From an uncultured Candidatus Micrarchaeota archaeon (GTDB taxonomy: Archaea > Micrarchaeota > Micrarchaeia > Anstonellales > Bilamarchaeaceae), in the NCBI GenBank assembly GCA_963800555.1, contig CAWDBH010000005.1, positions 12,313 to 76,312 on the forward strand: a stretch of DNA of 64,000 bases. The letters are read 5' to 3'. The notes under the pieces were generated by a model. The model was given only the letters and a program-made list of their open reading frames with translations. It did no database searches and had not been told where the DNA came from. This document shows positions 34,919 to 43,227 of the stretch, piece after piece (positions within the stretch are counted from its first letter, which is position 1; every line of letters starts with the position of its first letter). Both the position numbers and the translations under genes were made by a program.

Positions 34919-35500
34919 TTAAGACAAGGCTTTCATTATCTCCTTGTGCACGCTCTCGACCGATTTCGAAGCGTCTATGTTCTTCCAGTCGTTGCAGAGG
35001 AAGCGCTCCTCATCGAGCCGCAGATAGTTGCCCCGGACTATGCGCAGGAATTCCCGGTCCGCCTCGTAACGGTCGAGCTCCTTCTGCTTGCTTTTCCGCT
35101 CTTGCGAGACCTCCGGGGTTATGTCGAGCAGAATCACCCGGTCGGGCTTCAGGAACCCCATGCCTTCCACTATCTTCTTGGCTTGGGGGTAATGGAAATC
35201 CGTGCTTTCGTATGCGATGGTCGAGAAAACGTAGCGGTCCAGGATCACGAGCTTCCCTGAATCGGTTGCTTCCTTCACTTTCATCTGCTCGTTCGCGATG
35301 TCTGATAGGAAAAGCAGGAAAAGGGATTTGGGAGCTAGATCTATCCTTTTCTCCAGGTAATCATTGAGCATCTGGAAATGCTTTGTCGGGTATTTGAAAA
35401 CCAACAGATCGGGGTACTTCTCCCTTAGCAGTTTTATCTGCGTCTCCTTCCCGCATCCGTCTATGCCCTCTATTACAACAAGCATAATCTTGAATACCAT
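34919..35500 (-). CDS. tmk: thymidylate kinase
   Basis: P-loop VIEGIDGCGKETQ and DRYVFSTIAY, about 190 aa. Confidence 0.85.
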   Translation of the reverse strand: MVFKIMLVVIEGIDGCGKETQIKLLREKYPDLLVFKYPTKHFQMLNDYLEKRIDLAPKSLFLLFLSDIANEQMKVKEATDSGKLVILDRYVFSTIAYESTDFHYPQAKKIVEGMGFLKPDRVILLDITPEVSQERKSKQKELDRYEADREFLRIVRGNYLRLDEERFLCNDWKNIDASKSVESVHKEIMKALS

Positions 35501-35546
35501 GGTAGGTTATAAATTCTATTTCCCCAAATTGGTTTGAGGCGGATGT

Positions 35547-36434
35547 ATGGATCTCATTTCCATCCGTGAGATGGACAAGAAGACGATAGAAGCGATACTG
35601 GAGCGGGCTGCCGAGATAGAGGCCAGGGGCGCTTCTCCGGCGGTCAAGGGCAAGATAATAGCGACGCTTTTCTTCGAGCCGTCCACGAGGACGAAGCTAT
35701 CATTCCAATCAGCCGCGCTCCGGTCCGGCATGGGTTACATAGATTTCCTGCCCGACACCAGCTCGCTCAAGAAAGGCGAATCCTTCGAGGACACGGTCCG
35801 GGTCGTATCAGGCTACGCGGACGCATTGGTGATAAGGCACCCGAAAGAGGGGGCGGCAAGGCTCGCTGCGGACACCATAAAGAAGCCGGTCATCAACGGG
35901 GGCGATGGAGGGAACCAGCACCCGACGCAGACGCTCATAGACTTATATACTATAAAGAAGAACAGGGGCCGGATAAAGGGCCTCAATGTCACGCTGTTCG
36001 GGGACCTCAAGCACGCACGAGCCATGCGGTCGCTCGCTTACGCCCTTGCGATGTTCGAGGCAAAAGTCACATTGGTATCTCCGAAAGGGCTGGAGATGGA
36101 TCCTGCATATGTCAAAGAGCTGGAGACCAAGTTCGGGATGAAGGCCACGATCAGGAACGAACCGAAGTTCTCGGACGCGGACGTCCTTTACATATGCCGC
36201 ATCCAGCAGGAGAGGTTCGACGACCCGTACGAAGCCAAGATGGTGACAGAAAAATTCTCGATAAAGAAATCCGACCTAGAAGGCGCGAAGGAGGACCTCG
36301 TGATACTCCACCCTCTCCCCAGGCTGAACGAGATCGATCCGGACATAGATTCCATGAAGCAGGCGAAATACTTCCAGCAGGCGCACAACGGGGTGCCGGT
36401 TAGGCAGGCGGTACTCGAATACGCATTGAGATGA
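35547..36434 (+). CDS. pyrB: aspartate carbamoyltransferase catalytic subunit
   Basis: FFEPSTRTKLSF, GGNQHPTQTLIDL and HPLPR. Confidence 0.95.
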   Translation: MDLISIREMDKKTIEAILERAAEIEARGASPAVKGKIIATLFFEPSTRTKLSFQSAALRSGMGYIDFLPDTSSLKKGESFEDTVRVVSGYADALVIRHPKEGAARLAADTIKKPVINGGDGGNQHPTQTLIDLYTIKKNRGRIKGLNVTLFGDLKHARAMRSLAYALAMFEAKVTLVSPKGLEMDPAYVKELETKFGMKATIRNEPKFSDADVLYICRIQQERFDDPYEAKMVTEKFSIKKSDLEGAKEDLVILHPLPRLNEIDPDIDSMKQAKYFQQAHNGVPVRQAVLEYALR

Positions 36435-36438
36435 GCAT

Positions 36439-36867
36439 ATGCAGGTCGACAACATAGAGATCGGGACCGTGGTGGACCACATATCCGCGGGCAAGGCCGC
36501 GAAGATCCTGAAGCTGCTGCATATAGGCGAGGATTACGGGCACCGGGTCGCGATAATGATGAACGTGCCGAGCAAGAGGATGAAGACCAAGGACATAGTG
36601 AAGATAGAGGGCAAGCTGGTCTCCCAGGAAGAGGCGAACGTGATAGCGCTGATATGCCCCGAGGCGACCATCAATATAATAAAGGACGGCAAGGTGCAGA
36701 AGAAATTCGAGGTCGAGCTCCCCTCCGAGGTCGCGGGTTACGCGAGATGCGCGAACCCGAACTGCATAACGAACACGGAGAACACGGCCAGAAGGTTCGT
36801 CCGCGACGGCAAGGGCTTCCGCTGCCAGTACTGCGAAAGGCTTTTCAGGGCCGAAGAATTGGTTTAA
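36439..36867 (+). CDS. pyrI: aspartate carbamoyltransferase regulatory subunit
   Basis: IEIGTVVDHI, and a C-terminal Zn domain CANPNCIT...FRCQYCE. It lies immediately after pyrB. Confidence 0.9.
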   Translation: MQVDNIEIGTVVDHISAGKAAKILKLLHIGEDYGHRVAIMMNVPSKRMKTKDIVKIEGKLVSQEEANVIALICPEATINIIKDGKVQKKFEVELPSEVAGYARCANPNCITNTENTARRFVRDGKGFRCQYCERLFRAEELV

Positions 36868-36932
36868 ATAGCTTTTGCAAGCAATATAGACTTCGCTTTT
36901 ACCTTCAGTGGTTGAGTTCAAGAGGTATATTC

Positions 36933-37238
36933 ATGACTAAAGTCAGGATTAAGCTAAGCGGCGAGGACCCGACGGCCCTCGATAACGTGGTCTCGCAGAT
37001 AAAGAACCTGTCGGACACCCTCAGCATGAGGTTCATAGGCCCGGTCAGGCTGCCGAGAAGGAAGCTCGAGATATCGTGCAGGCGCACCCCGTGCGGAGAC
37101 GGGACCGACACGTACGAGCACTGGGAGAAACGCGTGCACAACAGGCTTTGCGACGTCGAAGGGGACGAGAAGATGATAAAGCAGATCCTCAGGATAAAGG
37201 TCCCCACCAACGTGTTCGTGAAGATCTCGCTGAGCTGA
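36933..37238 (+). CDS. rps10: 30S ribosomal protein S10 (uS10)
   Basis: VRIKLSGEDPTALDNVVSQIKN..GPVRLPRRKLEISCRRTPCGDGTDTYEHWEKRVHNRLCDV. The longer track ORF overlaps pyrI out of frame. Confidence 0.9.
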   Translation: MTKVRIKLSGEDPTALDNVVSQIKNLSDTLSMRFIGPVRLPRRKLEISCRRTPCGDGTDTYEHWEKRVHNRLCDVEGDEKMIKQILRIKVPTNVFVKISLS

Positions 37239-37708
37239 TGAAACTTCTTTTCGACGAGATGCTGAAATCCCTGTCCTCTTGGGCCAGGATACTCGGCATC
37301 TATTCAGAATTCTACTCCTCCAAGAGCGACAGCGAGCTCCTAGCAATAGCGAGGAAGGACGGGCTCATCATGGTGACGCGGGACGTGAGGCTGCACATCC
37401 GCTGCCAGACCGCGGGCGTGAAATCCATACTCATAAAGAGCGATGTCATCGAGGAGCAGCTCGCCCAACTGCTTAAAGAGAGCGGCGCGACCGTGACTTT
37501 CCCGGAGAAAACGAGATGCGCCAAATGCAACGGCGAGCTCGTGGATGCGACGGCCGATGACGTGAAAGACGTCCCGGAAGCTGTCATCAAGACGCACAGC
37601 AAGTTCTGGAGATGCTCATCCTGCAAGAGAGTATATTGGGAAGGCGGGCACTGGAAGAACATAACCAGGATATACGAAAAAGCGAAAGCTATAATGGCTA
37701 CGGGCTAG
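37238..37708 (+). CDS. Mut7-C (PIN-like RNase, DUF82) domain protein with C-terminal Zn ribbon
   Basis: LLFDEMLKSLSSWARILG, IMVTRD, and RCAKCNG...FWRCSSCKRVYWEGGHW. The ATG overlaps the rps10 stop (TGATG). Confidence 0.75.
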   Translation: MKLLFDEMLKSLSSWARILGIYSEFYSSKSDSELLAIARKDGLIMVTRDVRLHIRCQTAGVKSILIKSDVIEEQLAQLLKESGATVTFPEKTRCAKCNGELVDATADDVKDVPEAVIKTHSKFWRCSSCKRVYWEGGHWKNITRIYEKAKAIMATG

Positions 37709-37721
37709 TCCCCTGCATCCC

Positions 37722-38336
37722 TTAGGATATCCCTTGCGTTATGGAAGAAATCGGTTGGCCCATCGAAGGCGGCGCCACGAACTCCAGCTGGACGCCCAGG
37801 AAATCCGCGATCTGCTTGGCGAAGTTCATCTCCTTCTCGTCCGGAGATATTAAAACGTTGTTCACACCGGATGAGATGTTCGCCAGCTTGAAGGGCAGCT
37901 CTTCGCCCGTATCCATGACGAAACCGATCGTGTAATCGAACTCGATGCGCATCCCAGAGCTCATGCCAGAGCCAAAGGACACGCCTGAAGACGACCGGGA
38001 GCTAGTATAAGTGGTCCTGGTCTGTTTCCTTAGTGTGAGCTTCTTGACTTTGCTCAGTTCGATGTCCCTCGATCCGCCGCCGATTATCCCCTTCAGCGCG
38101 ATTGTCCCCTTTCCGGTTGCCTTATCCAGGGTTATCGTGAGCATCTTGCTCGTGGCGACGATGGCGATCCCGATCAGTGCGAACAGACCTCCTGCGCCTG
38201 CGGTCATCAGACTAGTGCTCATATATGAGTATCCAAAATATGCTCCGATTAAGAAAAACGCGGCTCCGAAGATGTACATCATGTAGTTGTGGTCTATTAG
38301 CACCATCCTGGAGGGGTTCTCAAGAGTGATTTTCAT
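37722..38336 (-). CDS. membrane protein
   Basis: 204 aa with two TM helices after a short N-terminus, then an S/G-rich linker. Confidence 0.45.
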   Translation of the reverse strand: MKITLENPSRMVLIDHNYMMYIFGAAFFLIGAYFGYSYMSTSLMTAGAGGLFALIGIAIVATSKMLTITLDKATGKGTIALKGIIGGGSRDIELSKVKKLTLRKQTRTTYTSSRSSSGVSFGSGMSSGMRIEFDYTIGFVMDTGEELPFKLANISSGVNNVLISPDEKEMNFAKQIADFLGVQLEFVAPPSMGQPISSITQGIS

Positions 38337-38464
38337 ACATAGCGTTCTTTCGCAAGGATTAAAACTGCACCCGTACGTGCGGCATGCAAAGAAAAGTTAT
38401 TTAAGCCCATCCGATGATTATGAAACTCACGAATTGACTATATATTTACAGATTAGGTGAACTC

Positions 38465-38578
38465 ATGGGTGCGAAACCGCGAAAATGGAAGAAGAAAAAC
38501 CGCATGCGCTGGAAGTGGGTGAAGAAGAGGCGCAAGCGCTTGAAGAGACGCATGAAGAGACGCGTAGGCGAACTCTGA
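38465..38578 (+). CDS. rpl41e: ribosomal protein eL41-like (37 aa, highly basic)
   Basis: [37 protein letters not shown]. The ATG is preceded by AGGTGA. The ORF is below the track cutoff. Confidence 0.65.
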   Translation: MGAKPRKWKKKNRMRWKWVKKRRKRLKRRMKRRVGEL

Positions 38579-38581
38579 ACG

Positions 38582-38614
38582 GATGAGGATATCTCATCTT
38601 TATCATTTTTCTTT
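38582..38614 (+). terminator. hairpin GATGAG-gatat-CTCATC followed by T-rich tract
   Basis: It lies directly after the eL41 stop. Confidence 0.45.
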
Positions 38615-38656
38615 CAAAACCTAGTTTTAAATAATTTCACACACTAATCGTAAGAA

Positions 38657-39115
38657 ATGGAAAAAACATTATCGTTCTCGGGAATCTGCGCGCGCATAAA
38701 GAGCGGCATGGAAACCCGCCGCAAGCAAAGGCATGAGGCGATGATAGAGGACATAGCGAGAGGCTGCAATGTGAGCAGGGGGAATGTCGTCGCTACCGTG
38801 AACCCTGGAACGATCCTATCCTCTGAGCCATTCGTCAAGAGGGTGCGCAGAGGGGATGTTATCCTCATATCTGGCAGGGAGCCGATGGCCCTGGATGTGA
38901 AAAGCATCGATGCTCAGGGCATGACCGTACTCGCGCGAGAAGAGGGCGCGAACCCCGTGGAACACAAACTGACGCCCGGGGACAGCAAGGAGGTATGGAA
39001 AGGTAGCGTGCCTGGCGCCTTCATCGCCGATTTCTGCATACTCAGCGTGTCGCTGAACGGAACATCAGGTTTGGAACTCAAGGCGCAGCTGATCGGCGGC
39101 ATGATGCCGTTCTGA
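38657..39115 (+). CDS. hypothetical protein
   Basis: 152-aa ORF with no recognised motif. Confidence 0.45.
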   Translation: MEKTLSFSGICARIKSGMETRRKQRHEAMIEDIARGCNVSRGNVVATVNPGTILSSEPFVKRVRRGDVILISGREPMALDVKSIDAQGMTVLAREEGANPVEHKLTPGDSKEVWKGSVPGAFIADFCILSVSLNGTSGLELKAQLIGGMMPF

Positions 39116-39118
39116 ATC

Positions 39119-39316
39119 TCATTTCTTCTTCAGCAATTTCCGGTAATCATCCAAAGGAGCCTGTATGGGTAGCCCTGAGTAGCCGCATTTCATGCAGCGT
39201 ATGGTCGTCCCGGGGGTGTCCGAGCGCCAGTCGCTCAACCCCCGCGTCGAGAAATACTCCTTGGCCTCCACCGGCTTGAGGCATCTGGGGCAGAAGGTTA
39301 TCCTCTTGGAAGCCAT
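39119..39316 (-). CDS. small zinc-ribbon protein
   Basis: CPRC...CMKC. I prefer the start MASKRITF at 39316, which has a TATA-like TTTTTAAAG about 25 nt upstream. Confidence 0.45.
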   Translation of the reverse strand: MASKRITFCPRCLKPVEAKEYFSTRGLSDWRSDTPGTTIRCMKCGYSGLPIQAPLDDYRKLLKKK

Positions 39317-39417
39317 AGCATGGGCTTCGACGGTAACTTTAAAAACCCTTCTCGGATATAACTGACTTACCCATTTTACCAATCAGGGGCATGGCTCCAG
39401 CTTGGGAGGGCTTACTT

Positions 39418-40050
39418 ATGGACAAGAAGAAACTCGCTGACGCCTTAAACAAGGCGCTGGAAGACAAAGGCAAGAAGAAGTTCAAGCAGAGCGTCGAGCT
39501 CATCGTCAACGTGAGGAGCGTCGACTTCTCGAAATCCGAGAACAGGCTCAACCTGGACATACTCCTGCCGAAAGGTAAGGGAGGCAAAGAGCTGAAATCC
39601 GCAGTCTTCGCGGACGGCCAGATGGCGGACGAAGCGAAGAAAGCGGGAGCAGACCTCGTGATCATGCCGAACGACATCCCGAACTGGACCGCAGCGGCCA
39701 AGATCAAGGACCTCTCGAGCAACTATTTCCTCCTCGCGCAGCCGAGCCTGATGGCCCCGGTCGCGAAATCCCTGGGTCAGTACCTGGGTAAGAAAGGGAA
39801 GCTCCCCAAGCCGGTCACCGGCGGGATAGCCGACCTCATAAAACGCTCCAAGAACTCCGTGAGGATAGTCTCGAAGGGCAAATACCTGCCGGTGGCGCAG
39901 GCATTGATAGGCACCGAGATAATGAGCGTGGAAGACCTCGCGGAGAACGCAGACGCGGTCTACGAGACGGTGAAGAACAAGGTGAATGAAGGCAACATCA
40001 AGTCCGTCTACGTGAAGCTGACGATGGGCAAGCCTGCGAGGGTCATGTGA
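39418..40050 (+). CDS. rpl1: 50S ribosomal protein L1 (uL1)
   Basis: FKQSVELIVNVRSVD, GKGGKELKSAVFADG and the cluster context. The ATG at 39418 is preceded by GGGAGG. Confidence 0.9.
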   Translation: MDKKKLADALNKALEDKGKKKFKQSVELIVNVRSVDFSKSENRLNLDILLPKGKGGKELKSAVFADGQMADEAKKAGADLVIMPNDIPNWTAAAKIKDLSSNYFLLAQPSLMAPVAKSLGQYLGKKGKLPKPVTGGIADLIKRSKNSVRIVSKGKYLPVAQALIGTEIMSVEDLAENADAVYETVKNKVNEGNIKSVYVKLTMGKPARVM

Positions 40051-40060
40051 GGCGATTGCA

Positions 40061-40912
40061 ATGGCATACAAGATTGACACTAACCGGAAAGCAGTGAAGA
40101 TTAAGATGGAGCAGGTGAAGGAAGCGATATCCGAGATGAAGAAATACAAGACTGTCGCGCTCCTCGATCTGCGGAAACTCCCGGACGCATTGTTCCAGAA
40201 CTTGAGGAAAAAGATAAGGCAGGACGGCGGACGGGTGTTCGTGCTCAAGAAACCGGTCATATCCAGGGTGCTCGCATCCAACAAGAAGCTCGCCACGAAG
40301 CTGAGCGCTTGCGACAACCCGGTTGCGCTCATATATACCAACAAGTCGGCTTACGAGGTCAACTCGTTCTTCAAGCAGAACAGGAAGAAGAGGGCGGCCA
40401 AGACCGGCGACATAGCGATCGCCGACATAATCGTGCCAGAAGGGGACACCGATCTCCCTCCGGGACCGGCACTGTCCGAGCTCAAGACCGCTGGATTGAA
40501 CGTCCAGATAAAGGCCGGAAAGATAGTGGTCGCGAAAGACAGCACGGTGGCGAAGTCCGGGGACAAGCTTACGGAGCAGAAGGTGAAGGCGCTCCAGACC
40601 CTCGGCGTGAAGCCGTTCGAGATAATGGCCAGCATGCTGTTCGGTTTCGACGGGGAGTACATATACACTAAAGAGCTCCTCGACATCGGGGATACGATCA
40701 GCTCGGACGTGGCATCAGGCCTCTCGCAGGCGATGAACCTCTCCCTCAACGTGTCCTACCCGACGCAGCAGAACATAAACCTGCTCCTCGGCGATGCGCT
40801 GAGGCAGTCGATCAACATGTCATTGAACGGGGATTTATATTCATCAAGCTCGGTCGAGCAGCTTCTCACCTCTGCCATAAGGCAGGGGACGGCTCTTTCG
40901 AAACTTGGTTAA
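40061..40912 (+). CDS. rplP0: 50S ribosomal protein uL10 (P0)
   Basis: Its position between L1 and P1, with KTVALLDLRKLPDALFQNLRKKIR and PGPALSELKTAGLNVQIKAGKIV. Confidence 0.9.
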   Translation: MAYKIDTNRKAVKIKMEQVKEAISEMKKYKTVALLDLRKLPDALFQNLRKKIRQDGGRVFVLKKPVISRVLASNKKLATKLSACDNPVALIYTNKSAYEVNSFFKQNRKKRAAKTGDIAIADIIVPEGDTDLPPGPALSELKTAGLNVQIKAGKIVVAKDSTVAKSGDKLTEQKVKALQTLGVKPFEIMASMLFGFDGEYIYTKELLDIGDTISSDVASGLSQAMNLSLNVSYPTQQNINLLLGDALRQSINMSLNGDLYSSSSVEQLLTSAIRQGTALSKLG

Positions 40913-40926
40913 ATGAGGTGTGAATT

Positions 40927-41238
40927 ATGACGAAAGTGGATCCATATTTGCATGCCGTGCTCGTTCTGCATGGCGCTGGCAAGGAAGTCAGCAAAGAGGG
41001 CATAGTAGCCGTCATCAAGGCGAGCGGCGCAGAGGTCGATGAGGCCCGCGCGAAAGTGCTCGCAGAAGCGGTGAAGGGAGTGAACTTCGATGACCTGCTC
41101 AAGCAGTCCATGATGGTGGCTGCGGCTCCGGCCGCCGCTGCGCCTGCAGCTGCGGAATCGAAGAAGGAGGAGAAGAAGGAAGACGAAGGCAAGAAAGAGG
41201 AGCAGGCCGCTGAAGGTCTCGCTTCGCTGTTCGGCTAA
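40927..41238 (+). CDS. rpl12: 50S ribosomal stalk protein P1 (aL12)
   Basis: Ala-rich hinge AAAPAAAAPAAAE and an acidic tail KKEEKKEDEGKKEEQAAEGLASLFG. Confidence 0.9.
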   Translation: MTKVDPYLHAVLVLHGAGKEVSKEGIVAVIKASGAEVDEARAKVLAEAVKGVNFDDLLKQSMMVAAAPAAAAPAAAESKKEEKKEDEGKKEEQAAEGLASLFG

Positions 41239-41272
41239 ATCTTCTTTTCTTTATTATTTTTTTATTCTATTT
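41239..41272. terminator. T-rich tract between convergent genes
   Basis: ATCTTCTTTTCTTTATTATTTTTTTATTCTATTT. Confidence 0.45.
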
Positions 41273-41275
41273 CTA

Positions 41276-42100
41276 TCAGAAATCGGAAGGAAAATCTATA
41301 GCTGGGCTTGTCTGCGTGCGGCATACGGACTTCTTCTTCCCGTCGACGTTGATCTCTCCGCCGGTCTTCCTGTACCCGACGAGATAACCGGCATCGCCCC
41401 GGACCACTATGTAGCCGCTTTTCATGTATTGGCCTACATTGTCGCTGGCATTGCCGTCGACCACGATTATGGCCCTGTGAGAGTCATCGAATTTGCTGGG
41501 CTCCCCCATCCAGCCTCCGAGGCCGAAACCCGCGTTCTTCTTTATTCGTATATCCCCGGAGAGGAAGTGCTGGGCGGCGTGATCGCCCACGCTTTCAGAG
41601 ACGAACAGGTCCGCCCGCGCATTGTATGCGATGAAATCCTTGGCGCTCCCGTAAAGAGCCAGTTCCGCGCCTACTGAGTTGGCGGCGAAATAGTCCCCCA
41701 CATCACCGTGTATGGTGAGGGATTTCGAGCAGCGGGCGGCCATAAAATCCAGTTTGACGATGAGATGGGAGATATCGAGGGTGTAATCCTGCTCGCTGCC
41801 GAAGTTCACCAGGGCGCTGAGGAAGAATCCCGCGCGGGCCGAGAAATCCATGTCGTGCTGGAGATCAGTGATCGCTATGCAGAACTGCTCCAGATCATCA
41901 GTTGTATATCTCAAGGAGGATGCGAGAGAAAGCGCGGCATTGTATGAAGGTATGATGGAATTTGGCAGGTTATCGCGGCCGGCGAGCTTGAACGACTTGA
42001 ACGCATTTGTGAGCGCGTCTACTGCTGGGGTGAACTGCCGGAGCTTGGCATCGGGCTTCTGCCCGGCCGGATGGGATTGCAACATGCGAGTATTTGTCAT
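41276..42100 (-). CDS. GXGXG-repeat domain protein, paralog of 31184..31858
   Basis: It shares an N-terminal block with the first copy: DDLEQFCIAITDLQHDMDFSARAGFFLSALVNFGSEQDYTL versus EDVEKFMIALVGFQNEGNFSFKAGLFLSALINGSPDTGFVI. C-terminal turns include IIVVDGNASDNVGQYMKSGYIVVRGDAG. Confidence 0.55.
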   Translation of the reverse strand: MTNTRMLQSHPAGQKPDAKLRQFTPAVDALTNAFKSFKLAGRDNLPNSIIPSYNAALSLASSLRYTTDDLEQFCIAITDLQHDMDFSARAGFFLSALVNFGSEQDYTLDISHLIVKLDFMAARCSKSLTIHGDVGDYFAANSVGAELALYGSAKDFIAYNARADLFVSESVGDHAAQHFLSGDIRIKKNAGFGLGGWMGEPSKFDDSHRAIIVVDGNASDNVGQYMKSGYIVVRGDAGYLVGYRKTGGEINVDGKKKSVCRTQTSPAIDFPSDF

Positions 42101-42274
42101 ATATATTATATTATTACCACAAGTATTTATAAATATATGTTATAGTAAGTTAAAATTCAGGTATATTGGGGCAGGGGGAATAGAATGGAGTTCTTGCCCA
42201 GAATGACGAAGATTTTCTGCGATCATAAGCGAGGCAGAGCAACCTATTTATTCCTAGCCAAAGCTTAGTACGCC

Positions 42275-43201
42275 ATGGACAAGAAGGTCAGGCGGATAAT
42301 CGCGGACATCAAATCCCTCAAGATCCAGGGCGCGAGGAACGTCGCCAAGGAATCGCTCAACGCCCTCATCATCGAAGCTGAAGAGGGGTATGTGAAGAAA
42401 CCCTCGTGTCTTGTCAAGAACGTATCGCTCGCCGCGGAGTCATTATCCAAAAGCAGGCCCACCGAACCTATGATGAGGAACCTCATAGGAGCGAGCATGG
42501 TCTTCCTCAAGGAAGAGCACGCCCGTGGAGCCAAGGCCTTGCAGCTCAAAGACGCGTATGTGCAGCACGTGCGCGGCATGTTGGCTGATATGGATAGCGA
42601 TGCGAAAAAACTCGCGTCCTATGGCGCGAAGCTCATACCCGACGACGCGCTCGTCCTCACGCACTGCCATTCATCGAGCAGCACGAAGATACTCATAGAA
42701 GCGAAAAGGATGAAGAAAAGATTCTCGGTCGTCTGCTTCGAGACGAGGCCGAGGTTCCAGGGCCGCACCACGGCTACGGAGCTCGCGAAGGCAGGCATAG
42801 ACGTCACGCTCACCGTGGACGGGGCCATGAACATGTTCATGAAGAAGGCGGATATCGTCTTCGTGGGCGCGGATTCCGTCACATCGCGTGGCGACCTGAT
42901 CAACAAAATCGGCACCTCCACTCTCGCGCACATAGCGCGCATGAACGACGTCTCGTTCTACAGCGCGGCCGAGCTCTCCAAGTACAGCCCCATGACCATG
43001 CATGGCGAGAGGGAAAAGATAGAGGAACGGGACCCGAAGGAGGTCTGGGACAAGCCGCCCAGGGGGCTGAAGATAAGGAACCCGGCGTTCGAGGCCACGG
43101 CGGCCAAATACATAAACGGGTACGTCACAGAATCTGGAGTGATACCCCCTGAATCGTTCTTCTCCATGGCGAGCAAAAAACTCCTCATCAGGATAGATTG
43201 A
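42275..43201 (+). CDS. e2b2: ribose-1,5-bisphosphate isomerase (eIF-2B alpha/beta/delta family)
   Basis: IQGARNVAKESL and VFVGADSVTSRGDLINKIGTS. It is directly coupled to the AMP phosphorylase gene. Confidence 0.75.
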   Translation: MDKKVRRIIADIKSLKIQGARNVAKESLNALIIEAEEGYVKKPSCLVKNVSLAAESLSKSRPTEPMMRNLIGASMVFLKEEHARGAKALQLKDAYVQHVRGMLADMDSDAKKLASYGAKLIPDDALVLTHCHSSSSTKILIEAKRMKKRFSVVCFETRPRFQGRTTATELAKAGIDVTLTVDGAMNMFMKKADIVFVGADSVTSRGDLINKIGTSTLAHIARMNDVSFYSAAELSKYSPMTMHGEREKIEERDPKEVWDKPPRGLKIRNPAFEATAAKYINGYVTESGVIPPESFFSMASKKLLIRID

Positions 43202-43227
43202 AAAACATTGGATACGATGTGAATATT

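Noticed and set aside
36654-37237. N-terminal extensions of track ORFs 36654..37238 and 37076..37708.
   Set aside because: They overlap pyrI and rps10 out of frame. Genuine S10 and Mut7-C homology begins at 36933 and 37238, which have sensible start contexts.
39445-40344. Long antisense or alternative-frame ORFs. Examples: 39445..40344(-), 713..1600(-), 25371..26096(-), 26145..26936(-), 43393..44040(-), 43674..44384(-), 46673..47860(-), 50750..51547(-), 51651..52286(-), 43290..44018(+).
   Set aside because: They overlap genes that have clear family motifs. Their translations are R/S/P/G-rich and low-complexity, as expected for stop-poor shadow frames in GC-rich coding DNA.
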